The translations under genes and the position numbers were made by a program. DNA of 59,111 bases, the filler included. It is 4 parts of 4 records of this genome, joined end to end, with 100 filler letters (N's around TTAATTAATTAA, not from the genome) between each part and the next. Parts side by side here need not be neighbours in the genome. Positions count along the whole stretch, not along the records: positions 22,852 to 32,270 come from DRR378314_2605; positions 32,371 to 42,897 come from DRR378314_2609; 2 more parts are not named here. One strand, written 5' to 3'. The notes beneath the pieces were generated by a model. That model worked only from the letters and a program-made list of their open reading frames with translations. It was not told the origin of the DNA and did no database searches. Every line of letters begins with the position of its first letter. Within the stretch, counting starts at the first letter, position 1. Below, piece by piece: positions 24,380 through 34,215 of the stretch.

Positions 24380-25558
24380 CTAGTCGAAGAAACTGTTGTG
24401 CATCTTGCGTGCCGCTTTGGTCATGGCGGTGTTGGGGTGGTGCTCCAGCTCGCTGAGCGCTTTCTCCATCCATTCCATCACCTCCGGCGCATCCTCGGCG
24501 CAGCGCGCGATGGGGGGAAAGCTCGCCTTCAGCAGCGCATGCGCCGTCACCGGCGGCAGGTGGATATGCGGAAAGCGGACCTCGCCGCCCTCGGCCTCGA
24601 TGTCCATTGGCAGGGTCTCCCACAGCAGCCGTTCGATGCGCCCCATCACCTCGATGGCGGTGCCGGGGTCATTCACGCCGGGCGACAGGGCCCGTTGCGC
24701 GGTCTCGGCCAGCAGGGTCAGCCCGAAGGCCGGGTCCTGCTCGAAACTGCGCACGTCGCCGATGTCGATCAGACCCGTGGCTTCGGTGCAGAAATCCTCA
24801 TCGCCACCCTGCGCCATGGCAAGCGGCCGTCCGCGCAGCACGAACTCGCCCGGCAGCCGGGTCAGATGGATGGTGACGCCGGCCTTCTTGGCGTGGGTAT
24901 TGAGCGCCGGCATGTCGACAAACCGGACAAAGCCGCTCTGTGCGGCGGCGATCGGGCGCGCCCCCTTCGGCGGCTCCGATGTGTCGCAACATCCACCGAG
25001 GCAGGGGGTGTCCTTGCGCGCCTGCAGACTGCCGCGGGTGCGGGTCTCGATCAGGCGCAGGGTGTGGTCCATGCTGCCAAGATCCGACAGGTGGTCGATC
25101 CAGCGCAGGATGGCGATCACGATCAGCGCCACCACCAGCACCGTCATCACAAATACCACAAAGGCGGCACCGGGCGGGTAGAGCTTGGCCCGGAACAGGA
25201 TGATCGCGCTCAGCGAATAGACAAAGCCGCCGGTGAAGGTCGCCAGCACGCTCTGTGTCACCGTGTCCTCCAGCAGCAGCCGATAGACGCGCGGTGTCGC
25301 CATGGTGGAGGCGGTGCGATAGGCGCTGACCATGACGTTGAGCGAAAACGTGGTCACCGCCAGCATGCCGGAGGCGAGGATGTTCAGCACCGGAAGCACT
25401 GCGTCGCGCCCGAACCTGTCTTCCCACTCCTGCGGCAGAATAGGCGCCAGCAGTGGTGCAACCGCCAACGCCAGCAATGAGAACAGCGAGATTGCAACCA
25501 CCCGGAACCACAGCTGGCGCGTCACGCGCCGCAGCAGCAGGAGGCTGCGCGAGATCAT
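24380..25558 (-). CDS. DUF2254 family membrane protein
   Basis: N-terminal TM helices with ATPR motif, C-terminal RSFEQDPAFGL and RALSPGVNDPGTA. Start at MISRS overlaps the upstream stop (ATGA). Confidence 0.85.
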   Translation of the reverse strand: MISRSLLLLRRVTRQLWFRVVAISLFSLLALAVAPLLAPILPQEWEDRFGRDAVLPVLNILASGMLAVTTFSLNVMVSAYRTASTMATPRVYRLLLEDTVTQSVLATFTGGFVYSLSAIILFRAKLYPPGAAFVVFVMTVLVVALIVIAILRWIDHLSDLGSMDHTLRLIETRTRGSLQARKDTPCLGGCCDTSEPPKGARPIAAAQSGFVRFVDMPALNTHAKKAGVTIHLTRLPGEFVLRGRPLAMAQGGDEDFCTEATGLIDIGDVRSFEQDPAFGLTLLAETAQRALSPGVNDPGTAIEVMGRIERLLWETLPMDIEAEGGEVRFPHIHLPPVTAHALLKASFPPIARCAEDAPEVMEWMEKALSELEHHPNTAMTKAARKMHNSFFD

Positions 25559-26124
25559 GCGCTGTCCGCCAGAATGCGCGCGCCAATCTCGGTGATCAGC
25601 GTATCGTGAAACACACGTTCTTCGGTGGTGATTTCCTGATGGCGCGGATAGCATGGGGTGGCGCGATCATCGAGGATTGGCGTCTCCCAGCCATCAGTCG
25701 TCGCCATGAAGGCCCGCGCACCGCCTTGACCGAACACCTGCGTATAGCCGCGCAGCACTACGTCGAGATAGCTCATCAGGATCTTGTGGCCGTTTGCGCC
25801 CGGATCCTGCGTCTCGTCCGGCACCTGATAGAGCGAGATCTGCGGGGCAGGGGCCATGTCATGGGCCACCTGTGCGGTCACATCCACCCGAACGTAGCCG
25901 GTTTCGCGTTCATCCAGTGCTGCCCAATCGCCGTTCGGGACCGCGGCCAGTAGGCCTTCGATCACATGTCCATGTGCCGGGCGTACGCTTAAAAACGCCA
26001 GATTGCGCTCCGGCGTGTGCACCCAAGCCCGTCTCCAGCCCGCCAATCGTGCGGGGCGGGTGTTGCCGTAGATGTGGCTGGCGGTGTTTACGAGGCTGCC
26101 GAAGCCGAAGAAATGCGGTGTCAT
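25555..26124 (-). CDS. Gamma-glutamylcyclotransferase (GGCT/ChaC-like) family protein
   Basis: FFGFGSLVN, GWRR.W and LDERETGY motifs. Confidence 0.82.
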   Translation of the reverse strand: MTPHFFGFGSLVNTASHIYGNTRPARLAGWRRAWVHTPERNLAFLSVRPAHGHVIEGLLAAVPNGDWAALDERETGYVRVDVTAQVAHDMAPAPQISLYQVPDETQDPGANGHKILMSYLDVVLRGYTQVFGQGGARAFMATTDGWETPILDDRATPCYPRHQEITTEERVFHDTLITEIGARILADSA

Positions 26125-26151
26125 GAGGCCTTGTCGTTTTCTGAGGGGGCT

Positions 26152-26165
26152 TTGATGTATGTCAA
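26152..26165. promoter_or_regulatory. FNR/FnrL/FixK-type box
   Basis: TTGAT-GTAT-GTCAA matches TTGAY-N4-RTCAA, in the divergent intergenic region between GGCT and the Rrf2 gene. Confidence 0.65.
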
Positions 26166-26226
26166 ACCGCTTTTTGTCTCAATTTGCAACACTGGGCTGT
26201 CACCGTCTCTGGGAGAGGGCCCCTCA

Positions 26227-26694
26227 ATGCGTATCACAAAAAGAACCAATATCGCGGTCCGTCTGCTGATGTATTGTGCTTTGCACGAGGGTCGCCTTGT
26301 CACCAAATCCGAGATCGCGCAGCGTTGCAACATCTCGGAAAACCATCTGGCGCAAGTGGTCAATCAACTGAGCCAGCTTGGGTTCCTGAAGACCCAGCGT
26401 GGCCGCAACGGGGGGCTGACCCTGGGTCGGGCGGCCAGCGATATATGCATTGGCGATGTCTTCCGGCAGGTTGAGGGCGGATTGCCGATGGTTGAATGCT
26501 TTGCCGATGCCGACAATACCTGCCCGCTGGTGGCGGCCTGTCGCCTGCGTGATGCCCTGACCCGTGCGGGAGAGGCGTTCTACACTGCGCTGGACGAGGT
26601 CAGGCTGGATAGCCTGACCTGCGACAATTTCGAGTTGCAGCGTATTCTGGCGCCGATGTCCTGTCCCGGTCCCGAAGCGGTGGCGCACGCCTAG
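26227..26694 (+). CDS. Rrf2 family transcriptional regulator (NsrR-like, Fe-S cysteines)
   Basis: wHTH ISENHLAQVV..L, RGRNGGLTL, and VECF....NTCPL...CRL with three Cys. Confidence 0.9.
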   Translation: MRITKRTNIAVRLLMYCALHEGRLVTKSEIAQRCNISENHLAQVVNQLSQLGFLKTQRGRNGGLTLGRAASDICIGDVFRQVEGGLPMVECFADADNTCPLVAACRLRDALTRAGEAFYTALDEVRLDSLTCDNFELQRILAPMSCPGPEAVAHA

Positions 26695-26710
26695 ACGCCT
26701 AGGGTCACCC

Positions 26711-29254
26711 CTAGTCGCGCGCACGCAGCACCCGTGCCGGTCGTGCCGCCAGCGGGCGCAATGCGTAGGCCAATCCGGCAAAGAGCGTCACCAGAACGCC
26801 GCCGCCGATCACTCCGATCGCATTGGGCCAGATCACCACATAGTCGGTTTCCAGCACAAAATGGCTGACGGACCACGCGCCCAGTATCCCTGCCAGCAGG
26901 GCCACGCTGCCCGCCGCCGCACCCAGAAGGGCAGAGCGCAGGGCAAAGCTGCGCAGGATCTGGCCACGGGGCGCGCCCAGCGTCTTCAAAAGTGCCGCCT
27001 CGTATCGCCGTGCCGGTTCCGCCGCCGCTGCCGTGCCAAGTAGCACCAGAAAGCCGGTGAACAGAGTTGCCGCCGCGCCATAGGCGGTCGCGGTGGCCAA
27101 TTGGCCGAGGATCTCCGACACCCGGTCGATTGCATCGCGCACCCGGATCGCGGTGATGTTGGGCATGGCGCGGGCCACATCGCGCAGGATGGCGGCTTCG
27201 GCTTCCTCTTCTGCGTACACGCTGGCGATGTAGCTGTGCGGTGCGCCGATCAGCGCAGCCTCATTCATGGTTAGAACAAACCCCATGCCCGCGTTGGAAA
27301 AATCCACCTCGCGGAAACTGGTGATACTGCCAGTGATGTCGCGACCAAGCACGTTGATGGTCATGGTGTCGCCGAGCTTCAGGCCCATTTCCTCGGCCTC
27401 TTCGGCGGCAAATGAAATCTGTGGCGCGCCGGTGTAATCGTCCGGCCACCATTCGCCCGCGGTTACATTGGTACTGGCGGGTTTGGCGGCGGCGTATGTC
27501 ACACCGCGATCTCCGCGAATAACCCAATGATCGCCTGCGACCTCCTTGGCGGGGCGATCATTGATGCGGTTAATGATGCCGCGCAACATGGGCGCATTGT
27601 CCACCTTGCTCACCTGCGGGTCGCCCTCGACACGCTCCAGAAAGGCGGGCATTTGGTCGCGCTGGATGTCGACAAAGAAATAGGACGGCGCAACATCCGG
27701 CAGGTTGCCCGCAATGGCGCGGCGCATATTGCCGTCGATCTGGCCGATGGCGGCCAGCACGGTCAGGCCAAGCCCCAGCGCCAGCACCGCAGGCATTGCG
27801 CCGTCACGAGTGGAGGCGATGGAGGCCAGCGCCCAGCGGAGCGCGGGTTTACCGCGCGCCAGCCGGTTGCTGATCCGGGCCAGCCAGCCGATGGCGGCCC
27901 CGGCGATCAGCAATACGATCAGCGCGCCGATCAGCCCGCCCGCCGTCCAAAGCGCCAATGCGGGCGCACCGCTGAACAGCGCAGCCGCCGCGATCAGAAG
28001 GCCCAGTGTCGCCAGGGTGGCAAGGATATAGCGCTTCGCGGGCCATTGCATGGGCCCACCCACCGCATCACGGTAGAGCGCGGCGGCCCGGATGCGCTCT
28101 GCCCGGGCCAGAGGCCAGAGGGTGAAGAGAAGCGCCGTCAAAACACCGTAGAGTGCGGACTCGGCCAGTGCCCCGGGGTAAACGGAAAACACCGCCGGAA
28201 ACTGCAGCTGTGCTGCGATCAGCGGCCCCAGCAGCAGCGGCCCGACCCCGCCCAGCACCAGCCCCAGCGCAATACCGCAGAGAGACAACACGCCGATCTG
28301 CAGGAAATAGGTCAAAAAGATCACCCGCCGTTCGGCGCCAAGCGTGCGCAGGGTGGCGATGGTCTCGGTCTTGGTGGCGAGATAGGCGCGCACCGCGGTG
28401 GAGACGCCTACGCCGCCCACGGCCAGCCCCGATAGACCCACCAGCACCAGAAACGCGCCCAAACGCTCGACAAAGCGCGCAATTCCCGGCGCGCCGTTGC
28501 GCGCGTCGCGCCAGCGCATACCACTGTCCTCGAACTGCGCACGGGCGTCTTGTTCCAGCGCTTGCAGATCGGCGTCAGGCGGCAGGGTCAGGCGGTATTT
28601 GGTCGAATAGAGCGTGCCCGGCGCCAGCAATCCAGACTGCGCCAGCGCGTCCGTGCGCACCAACGTGCGCGGCCCGATGGAAAAGCCCGATCCGGCTGCG
28701 TCCGGTTCCCACTCGATAAGGCCGCTTAGGCGGAATTCCTGCGTGCCGAGGTTGAAAAAATCGCCCTCGCTCAGCCCCAGCCTGTCCGCCAGGACCCGCT
28801 CCATCACTGCGCCGGGTCGGCCATCGACCTCGGCGAGGGCCTCGTGCAGAGGCGCGCCAGACGTCAAGCGGACCTCTCCGCGCAAGGGATAGGCGGCGTC
28901 GACGGATTTCACCTGTGTCAACGCGCGTTCGTCATCCACCACCGCCATGGAGCGAAACTCCACCACCTCGGAACGGTCGCGGGCGACCTGCGCCATCCAC
29001 GCGGCCTCATCCTGCGTGGCAAAGCGGTAGGTGAAGGTCAGCTCCGCATCGCCACCAAGCAGGCTGGCGCCTTCGCGGGTCAGCCCCGCCTCGATGGAGG
29101 CGCGGATCGAGCCGATGGCGGCAATGACGCCAACCCCAAGCGCGAGACAGGCCAGAAAGAGGCGAAACCCGCGCAAACCGCCGCGTAGCTCGCGCAGGGC
29201 AAAGCGCCAGGCGAGGCGAATTTGGCCCGGGCCGGGCAGGTCGGTCGTGCTCAT
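26711..29254 (-). CDS. ybbP: FtsX-like ABC transporter permease (YbbP-like)
   Basis: 847 aa with two FtsX-like TM blocks; IATLRTLGA, PSYFFVDIQ, ALLKTLGA; coupled to the ATPase gene. Confidence 0.88.
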   Translation of the reverse strand: MSTTDLPGPGQIRLAWRFALRELRGGLRGFRLFLACLALGVGVIAAIGSIRASIEAGLTREGASLLGGDAELTFTYRFATQDEAAWMAQVARDRSEVVEFRSMAVVDDERALTQVKSVDAAYPLRGEVRLTSGAPLHEALAEVDGRPGAVMERVLADRLGLSEGDFFNLGTQEFRLSGLIEWEPDAAGSGFSIGPRTLVRTDALAQSGLLAPGTLYSTKYRLTLPPDADLQALEQDARAQFEDSGMRWRDARNGAPGIARFVERLGAFLVLVGLSGLAVGGVGVSTAVRAYLATKTETIATLRTLGAERRVIFLTYFLQIGVLSLCGIALGLVLGGVGPLLLGPLIAAQLQFPAVFSVYPGALAESALYGVLTALLFTLWPLARAERIRAAALYRDAVGGPMQWPAKRYILATLATLGLLIAAAALFSGAPALALWTAGGLIGALIVLLIAGAAIGWLARISNRLARGKPALRWALASIASTRDGAMPAVLALGLGLTVLAAIGQIDGNMRRAIAGNLPDVAPSYFFVDIQRDQMPAFLERVEGDPQVSKVDNAPMLRGIINRINDRPAKEVAGDHWVIRGDRGVTYAAAKPASTNVTAGEWWPDDYTGAPQISFAAEEAEEMGLKLGDTMTINVLGRDITGSITSFREVDFSNAGMGFVLTMNEAALIGAPHSYIASVYAEEEAEAAILRDVARAMPNITAIRVRDAIDRVSEILGQLATATAYGAAATLFTGFLVLLGTAAAAEPARRYEAALLKTLGAPRGQILRSFALRSALLGAAAGSVALLAGILGAWSVSHFVLETDYVVIWPNAIGVIGGGVLVTLFAGLAYALRPLAARPARVLRARD

Positions 29255-29955
29255 TCCGCCGCCTCACGCTGGCTGTCGGGCAAGATGCGCCCATCGCGCA
29301 GGTGAACCGTGCGGTCGCAGCGCTCTGCCAGATCGGGTGCGTGGGTCACCATCACCAGTGTCGAGCCATGGCGGTCGCGCAGGTCGAACAGCAGGTCCAT
29401 CACCTGTGCGCCATTGGCCTGATCGAGGTTGCCCGTGGGCTCATCCGCCAAAAGGATCTCTGGCCGTGTCACCACCGCGCGCGCCAGCGCCACCCGCTGC
29501 TGTTCACCGCCCGATAGCTGCGCGGGCATGTGGTCGCAGCGATGGCCAAGCCCCACGGCATCCAATTCTTCGCGGGCCCGGTCAAAGGCATCGCGCGCGC
29601 CCGCCAGCTCCAGCGGCGTGGCGACGTTTTCCAGCGCGGTCATCGTCGGGATCAGGTGAAAACTCTGGAACACTACCCCCATATGGGCGCGGCGAAACCG
29701 GGCCAGCGCGTCCTCGTCCAGCCGGGTCAGATCCTCGCCCATGGCGTGCACGGCGCCACCGGTGGCCTGTTCCAGCCCGCCCATCACCATCAGAAGCGAG
29801 GACTTGCCGGACCCCGATGGTCCCACCAGCGCCAGCGTTTCGCCCCGCCGCACGTCAAGGCTGATCTCCTCGAGGATCGACACCGGGCCGGTATTGCCAT
29901 TCAGCGACAAATGCACATCTTGAAGCGAGAGAACGGGGCGGGCGTCAGTGCTCAT
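29251..29955 (-). CDS. ybbA: ABC transporter ATP-binding protein (YbbA/LolD-like)
   Basis: Walker [32 protein letters not shown]. Confidence 0.92.
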   Translation of the reverse strand: MSTDARPVLSLQDVHLSLNGNTGPVSILEEISLDVRRGETLALVGPSGSGKSSLLMVMGGLEQATGGAVHAMGEDLTRLDEDALARFRRAHMGVVFQSFHLIPTMTALENVATPLELAGARDAFDRAREELDAVGLGHRCDHMPAQLSGGEQQRVALARAVVTRPEILLADEPTGNLDQANGAQVMDLLFDLRDRHGSTLVMVTHAPDLAERCDRTVHLRDGRILPDSQREAAE

Positions 29956-30007
29956 AAGGGGCTGCCTGTTTTTTTTGATCCTAAACTGATATGGAGTGCC
30001 CACCGCC

Positions 30008-30676
30008 ATGCGCAAGTTTCTAAAGCAGATTGCGGCGACTTTCACGGCGTTGATGATGTCGGCGCCGTTTGTGCATGCAGATGCGATTAAGATAACGGCC
30101 TTCGGGGACAGTCTCGTGCAGGGCTATGGTTTGGCGCAGGGTGAGGGGTTCGTGCCGCAGTTGCAGTCCTGGTTCGAGGCGCAAGGTCTGGACGTTGTTG
30201 TGGCTAATGCCGGGGTGTCCGGCGATACCACGGCGGGCGGCGCTGCGCGGATTGATTGGACGCTGGCGGATCAACCTGATGGTGTGATTGTGCTGCTCGG
30301 CGGCAATGATCTGCTACGGGGACTGCCGCCTGAAAATGCGCGAGAAAATCTGTCTCATATCGTTGAGGCGTCGCAGAAGGCCGGAGCAGCCGTGATGCTG
30401 ATCGGCATGCAGGCGCCGGGCAATTTTGGCGCGGCCTATAAGGCTGAATTTGACAGCATCTATGCAGATCTCGCTCGGGACAATGGCGTTCTGCTTCATG
30501 GATTTGCATTTGAGGGGATGGTGGAGCGCGCTGGTGATGATCCGGCACAGCTGGGTGCCTTCATGCAGGACGATGGCATTCACCCCAATGCGGATGGAGT
30601 GGCCGCCAACATCGCCGCGATGGTGCCAAAGCTACATGAACTGATCGAGATTATAAGGTCCGCCGACGCAGGCTGA
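30008..30676 (+). CDS. tesA: Arylesterase / acyl-CoA thioesterase I (GDSL/SGNH), exported
   Basis: GDSL, NAGVSGDTT, LGGNDLLRG, DGIHPN; divergent from ybbA as in the conserved tesA-ybbAP arrangement. Confidence 0.88.
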   Translation: MRKFLKQIAATFTALMMSAPFVHADAIKITAFGDSLVQGYGLAQGEGFVPQLQSWFEAQGLDVVVANAGVSGDTTAGGAARIDWTLADQPDGVIVLLGGNDLLRGLPPENARENLSHIVEASQKAGAAVMLIGMQAPGNFGAAYKAEFDSIYADLARDNGVLLHGFAFEGMVERAGDDPAQLGAFMQDDGIHPNADGVAANIAAMVPKLHELIEIIRSADAG

Positions 30677-30725
30677 TCCCGCATCAGGTGCACGGTTTCT
30701 TAATCATGTGCCAGTGGGGGGCAGA

Positions 30726-30941
30726 TCAGCCAGCAGCTGTTTCATGACTGCCCGAGGTCGTCCAGTCAGAGGATTGGTTGCGCAACACATAGCTGAGAAC
30801 GGCGATGCCAAACACACTCGCCGCGCCGACGAGCGAATAGAGTGCGAGACAAACCAAGACGGAGAGGTCAAACGCAAAGAAACCAACAGACGCAGCTGTC
30901 GATCCTGCGATCATACCGAGAAACAAACCTGCAAGTGCCAT
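30726..30941 (-). CDS. Small 2-TM hypothetical membrane protein (paralog of 31123-31338)
   Basis: 71 aa, hydrophobic, AGAGG RBS upstream; aligns without gaps to the neighbouring ORF. Confidence 0.7.
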   Translation of the reverse strand: MALAGLFLGMIAGSTAASVGFFAFDLSVLVCLALYSLVGAASVFGIAVLSYVLRNQSSDWTTSGSHETAAG

Positions 30942-31051
30942 TCTGTTGCAATCCTCTCTTGATGATCATGCGGTCGCTAGGGCCGCTATGGGCGAAGTGT
31001 GTCGACGCGAAATTCGACTCAGTTAAGCACGCTAAGGTAGCACGGAGAATC

Positions 31052-31067
31052 TTTAAGAAAGGTTAAC
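31052..31067. promoter_or_regulatory. CtrA-like box (1 mismatch)
   Basis: TTTA-AGAAAGG-TTAAC versus consensus TTAA-N7-TTAAC, upstream of 30941. Confidence 0.4.
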
Positions 31068-31122
31068 GACAGCTTCGCAATCGGCAGAAATGGATCTGAT
31101 CGCTACAGGTGGGCTGTGCTTG

Positions 31123-31338
31123 TCAGACGTGTGCCAACTCGATTTCGCCTGATTCTGCATCCGCATCATGGCGGGGCTGCATCAGAACGGCCAGACAGGC
31201 GACGCTGAGCGTGGAAAGGCTTCCGACCAGCACATAGATGCCCAGACAGCTCCAGAATGTCGCATTGAACATCACTGCGGCACCCAAGGTGGCCAGTCCA
31301 CCTGTAATTATTGCAAGGAATAGTGCTGCCAAGATCAT
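31123..31338 (-). CDS. Small 2-TM hypothetical membrane protein (paralog of 30726-30941)
   Basis: 71 aa, hydrophobic, AGGAGG RBS upstream. Confidence 0.72.
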   Translation of the reverse strand: MILAALFLAIITGGLATLGAAVMFNATFWSCLGIYVLVGSLSTLSVACLAVLMQPRHDADAESGEIELAHV

Positions 31339-31568
31339 GCCGTGCCTCCTGCCACAGATTGTCGCCCTCGTCTCAGGGACTGAGGTTCGACCGTCGCTCC
31401 ATAATTGTCGAGAAATGTGGTCAGATTATGGTAAGTGACGTCACGGCATTCGACAAACGCGGTTCGCGTGCGGGTTCATGGACATGCAAGCACTGCAGCG
31501 ATTGCTCCTGCCCGGCGCACGCGTTATCACAGCGGCCAACTTCTTTCCCCTAATGACGGAGCAATCCC

Positions 31569-32270
31569 ATGGCCTCCTACCAGTACGTCTATCACATGCA
31601 GGGTGTCTCCAAGACTTACCCGGGTGGTAAGAAATGCTTTGAAAACATTCACCTGTCCTTTCTTCCGGGCGTAAAAATCGGTGTTGTCGGCGTCAACGGC
31701 GCCGGTAAATCGACCTTGATGCGCATCATGGCCGGTCTCGACAAGGACTTCACCGGCGAGGCCTGGTCCGCGGAAGGTGCCAAGGTCGGCTATCTGCCGC
31801 AGGAGCCGAAGCTGGATGAAAGCCTGACGGTGCGTGAGAATGTGATGCTCGGCGTGGCGGAGAAAAAGGCCAAGGTGGACCGGTTCAACCAGATCGCCGT
31901 CGAGATGGCCGAAAACTACACCGACGAGCTGATGGAGGAGATGACGACCCTGCAGGACGCCATCGATTCCGAGAACCTCTGGGATCTCGACAGCCAGGTG
32001 GACGTCTCCATGGAGGCGCTGCGCTGCCCGCCGGATGACGCGGACATCAAGGACCTTTCGGGTGGTGAGCAACGCCGCGTGGCGCTGTGCAAGCTGCTGT
32101 TGGAAGCGCCCGACATGCTGCTCCTGGACGAACCGACCAACCACCTCGATGCCGAGACCATTGCCTGGCTGCAGCAGCACCTGATCGACTACAAGGGCAC
32201 CATCCTCTGCGTCACCCACGACCGTTACTTCCTGGATGATATCACCGGCTGGATCCTCGAACTCGACCGT
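31569..32270 (+). CDS. ettA: Energy-dependent translational throttle ABC-F protein, truncated by contig end
   Basis: QYVYHMQGVSK, LSFLPGVKIGVVGVNGAGKST, LSGGEQRRVAL, LLDEPTNHLDAE, ILELDR; runs into the linker. Confidence 0.93.
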
Positions 32271-32370
32271 NNNNNNNNNNNNNNNNNNNNNNNNNNNNNN
32301 NNNNNNNNNNNNNNTTAATTAATTAANNNNNNNNNNNNNNNNNNNNNNNNNNNNNNNNNNNNNNNNNNNN
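32271..32370. other. Artificial contig linker
   Basis: N44-TTAATTAATTAA-N44. Confidence 0.98.
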
Positions 32371-34215
32371 CAACAAGTGCGAAGCGCTCGTTCTGATGAA
32401 CGTGCAGGGTCTCTGCAACTGCAAAGCCGCAATCAATAGCGTTCCGAATGACGTTTGCGCTGCGAGCGATGCTGTAATCGTTGCGTTTCTGCGAGGGAGC
32501 TAGCGCTGGTGGTGAGTTTCGCTCTGGTGCGCTCTGTGAACGTGGCAGTGCTGCCGAGCTGTGGAAGGACGAGCAGGCGCACGGCTCTCATATTTGTACG
32601 GAAGGAGCGCTTGTGGTGAGCGAGGTGCTTCGATATCGCTGGAGATGCTAGCGTTGGTGATGCGCGGGTGCGTCGCGAAGGAAGCCATGGCTAGTATGAG
32701 GCGGGATTCGTAGGTTGCGCCGAGTGTGAGCGATCGTCCTTGTAAGGTGGAACGCGCGAGATGCCGCAACGGGGAGCGCAAGCAACACTTTTGTCTCTGT
32801 CCTCTGTGCAGAGATCGCCAGTGCGACGACACAAAGGTACTCGCACGACCAGCGTGCTGCTGTGATAGACATGTCTCCGAAGCGTTGCAATGCCCACTCG
32901 GTAGTGGTTTTCCGGGCCGCCGTCTGTGGGTCTACGCGACGAACTGCGCGCCCACGGCAACGGCAGAGGAACGCGTGAAGCAAAGGATCGCTCTCTGCGG
33001 CGGACGAGTACCCAGTACCCACAGCTTGCAAGTCCATACGGATCATTGCTGCACAGCAAACATGAAACTGTTGTTGTGGAGGCCGTACGTGGTAGTGCCG
33101 AAGAGACGCGCGTGCTGATGGGAGGAGTGCCAATGCTGTAGCCGCGCCGTTCGCTTCATTGCGCGGCCCAGCAAAAGAGAGCTGCGCACGAGATCGCCGC
33201 GACCTTTCCGTGGGATGAAGTTGGATTCGAAGTTCAACCAACTGTAATCCACCAGTGATTACGCAGGAAATGTGGTGCGATGAGGCTATCGTGGAGGAAG
33301 ATCCACAGTGCCGTGGCACTTGATCGTCCGAGTTGGAGACTTAGGAGCAAGTGCATTCCATAACCTGTATACAAGATTCTTTCTAGACGTGTTGAAGAAT
33401 GTGATGGAAATTGTAGACATATTGCCAGTTAAGGGAGAAGTGGATCAGAAGACGATGGGCTGTGAGCAGTAGAATGTGTGCTTCATTGTGCAGCAGAAAG
33501 AAATGGTTGTATGCTCGTTTGCCAGAGTGAGGCGATGTGGTCACCTTTTTCTATCACTACGATTGCGGAAATCGCATAAACTGCATTTATACATTATGAC
33601 TTCAGGCGCATTGCGGTTCAATTGTTCGTGATGTAGGTGACGCTTGTTTTGCGAAGGCTCCGAATTCGTTCTTCGTTGTTGGAGAGTTCGCCTAGCTGCC
33701 GACCGAATACATGACGACTTTGCCCTGCTGCTCTCTCATGTTCCCTTAACCCTAAGTGCCTTTGCCAGGTCATGAGATTGCTGCCTCGCATTCGCAGCGT
33801 CGTGCTATTGCTTCTCGTGCCACACGTCGGTTTGCAACTGTTGCACCAGTGCAGCTTTCCCTGCACAAGCGCCACACCGTCCCCTCGCTCCTATCACGAG
33901 ACGCAACGAGCTTCTGTTGCTCTTGTTTCGCTGAACCAAATATTTCTTTTTTACTCAAAGTGCGCCAGTGTATATCATCGTTGATACCCTTTGTTCAGTG
34001 CACTGGACTGTACTTGCGAAGGGGAAGGCTTGCTGCTTCAACTTGGGACGCCTCAGCCTTGCGGCAAGGCGGACGTCGGTCAGTGTGTTCAAGGGATACT
34101 GGCAACGGCGAGCTCAGCGCCAAAGAGGTAGAGGCTGCGACTTCTTTTGCCGAGACGCCGGTACATTTACGTATTATCTTTGAATCGTTTCGTAATCTAC
34201 AAGTAAAGATTACGA

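Noticed and set aside
31569-32270. ettA (and acs, glpD) as pseudogenes
   Set aside because: The truncations coincide with contig or window ends.
32726-33472. Possible decayed gene: one plus-strand frame with three internal stops ending HLIVRVGDLGASAFHNLYTRFFLDVLK
   Set aside because: No recognisable family; cannot be told apart from chance or an isolated exon.
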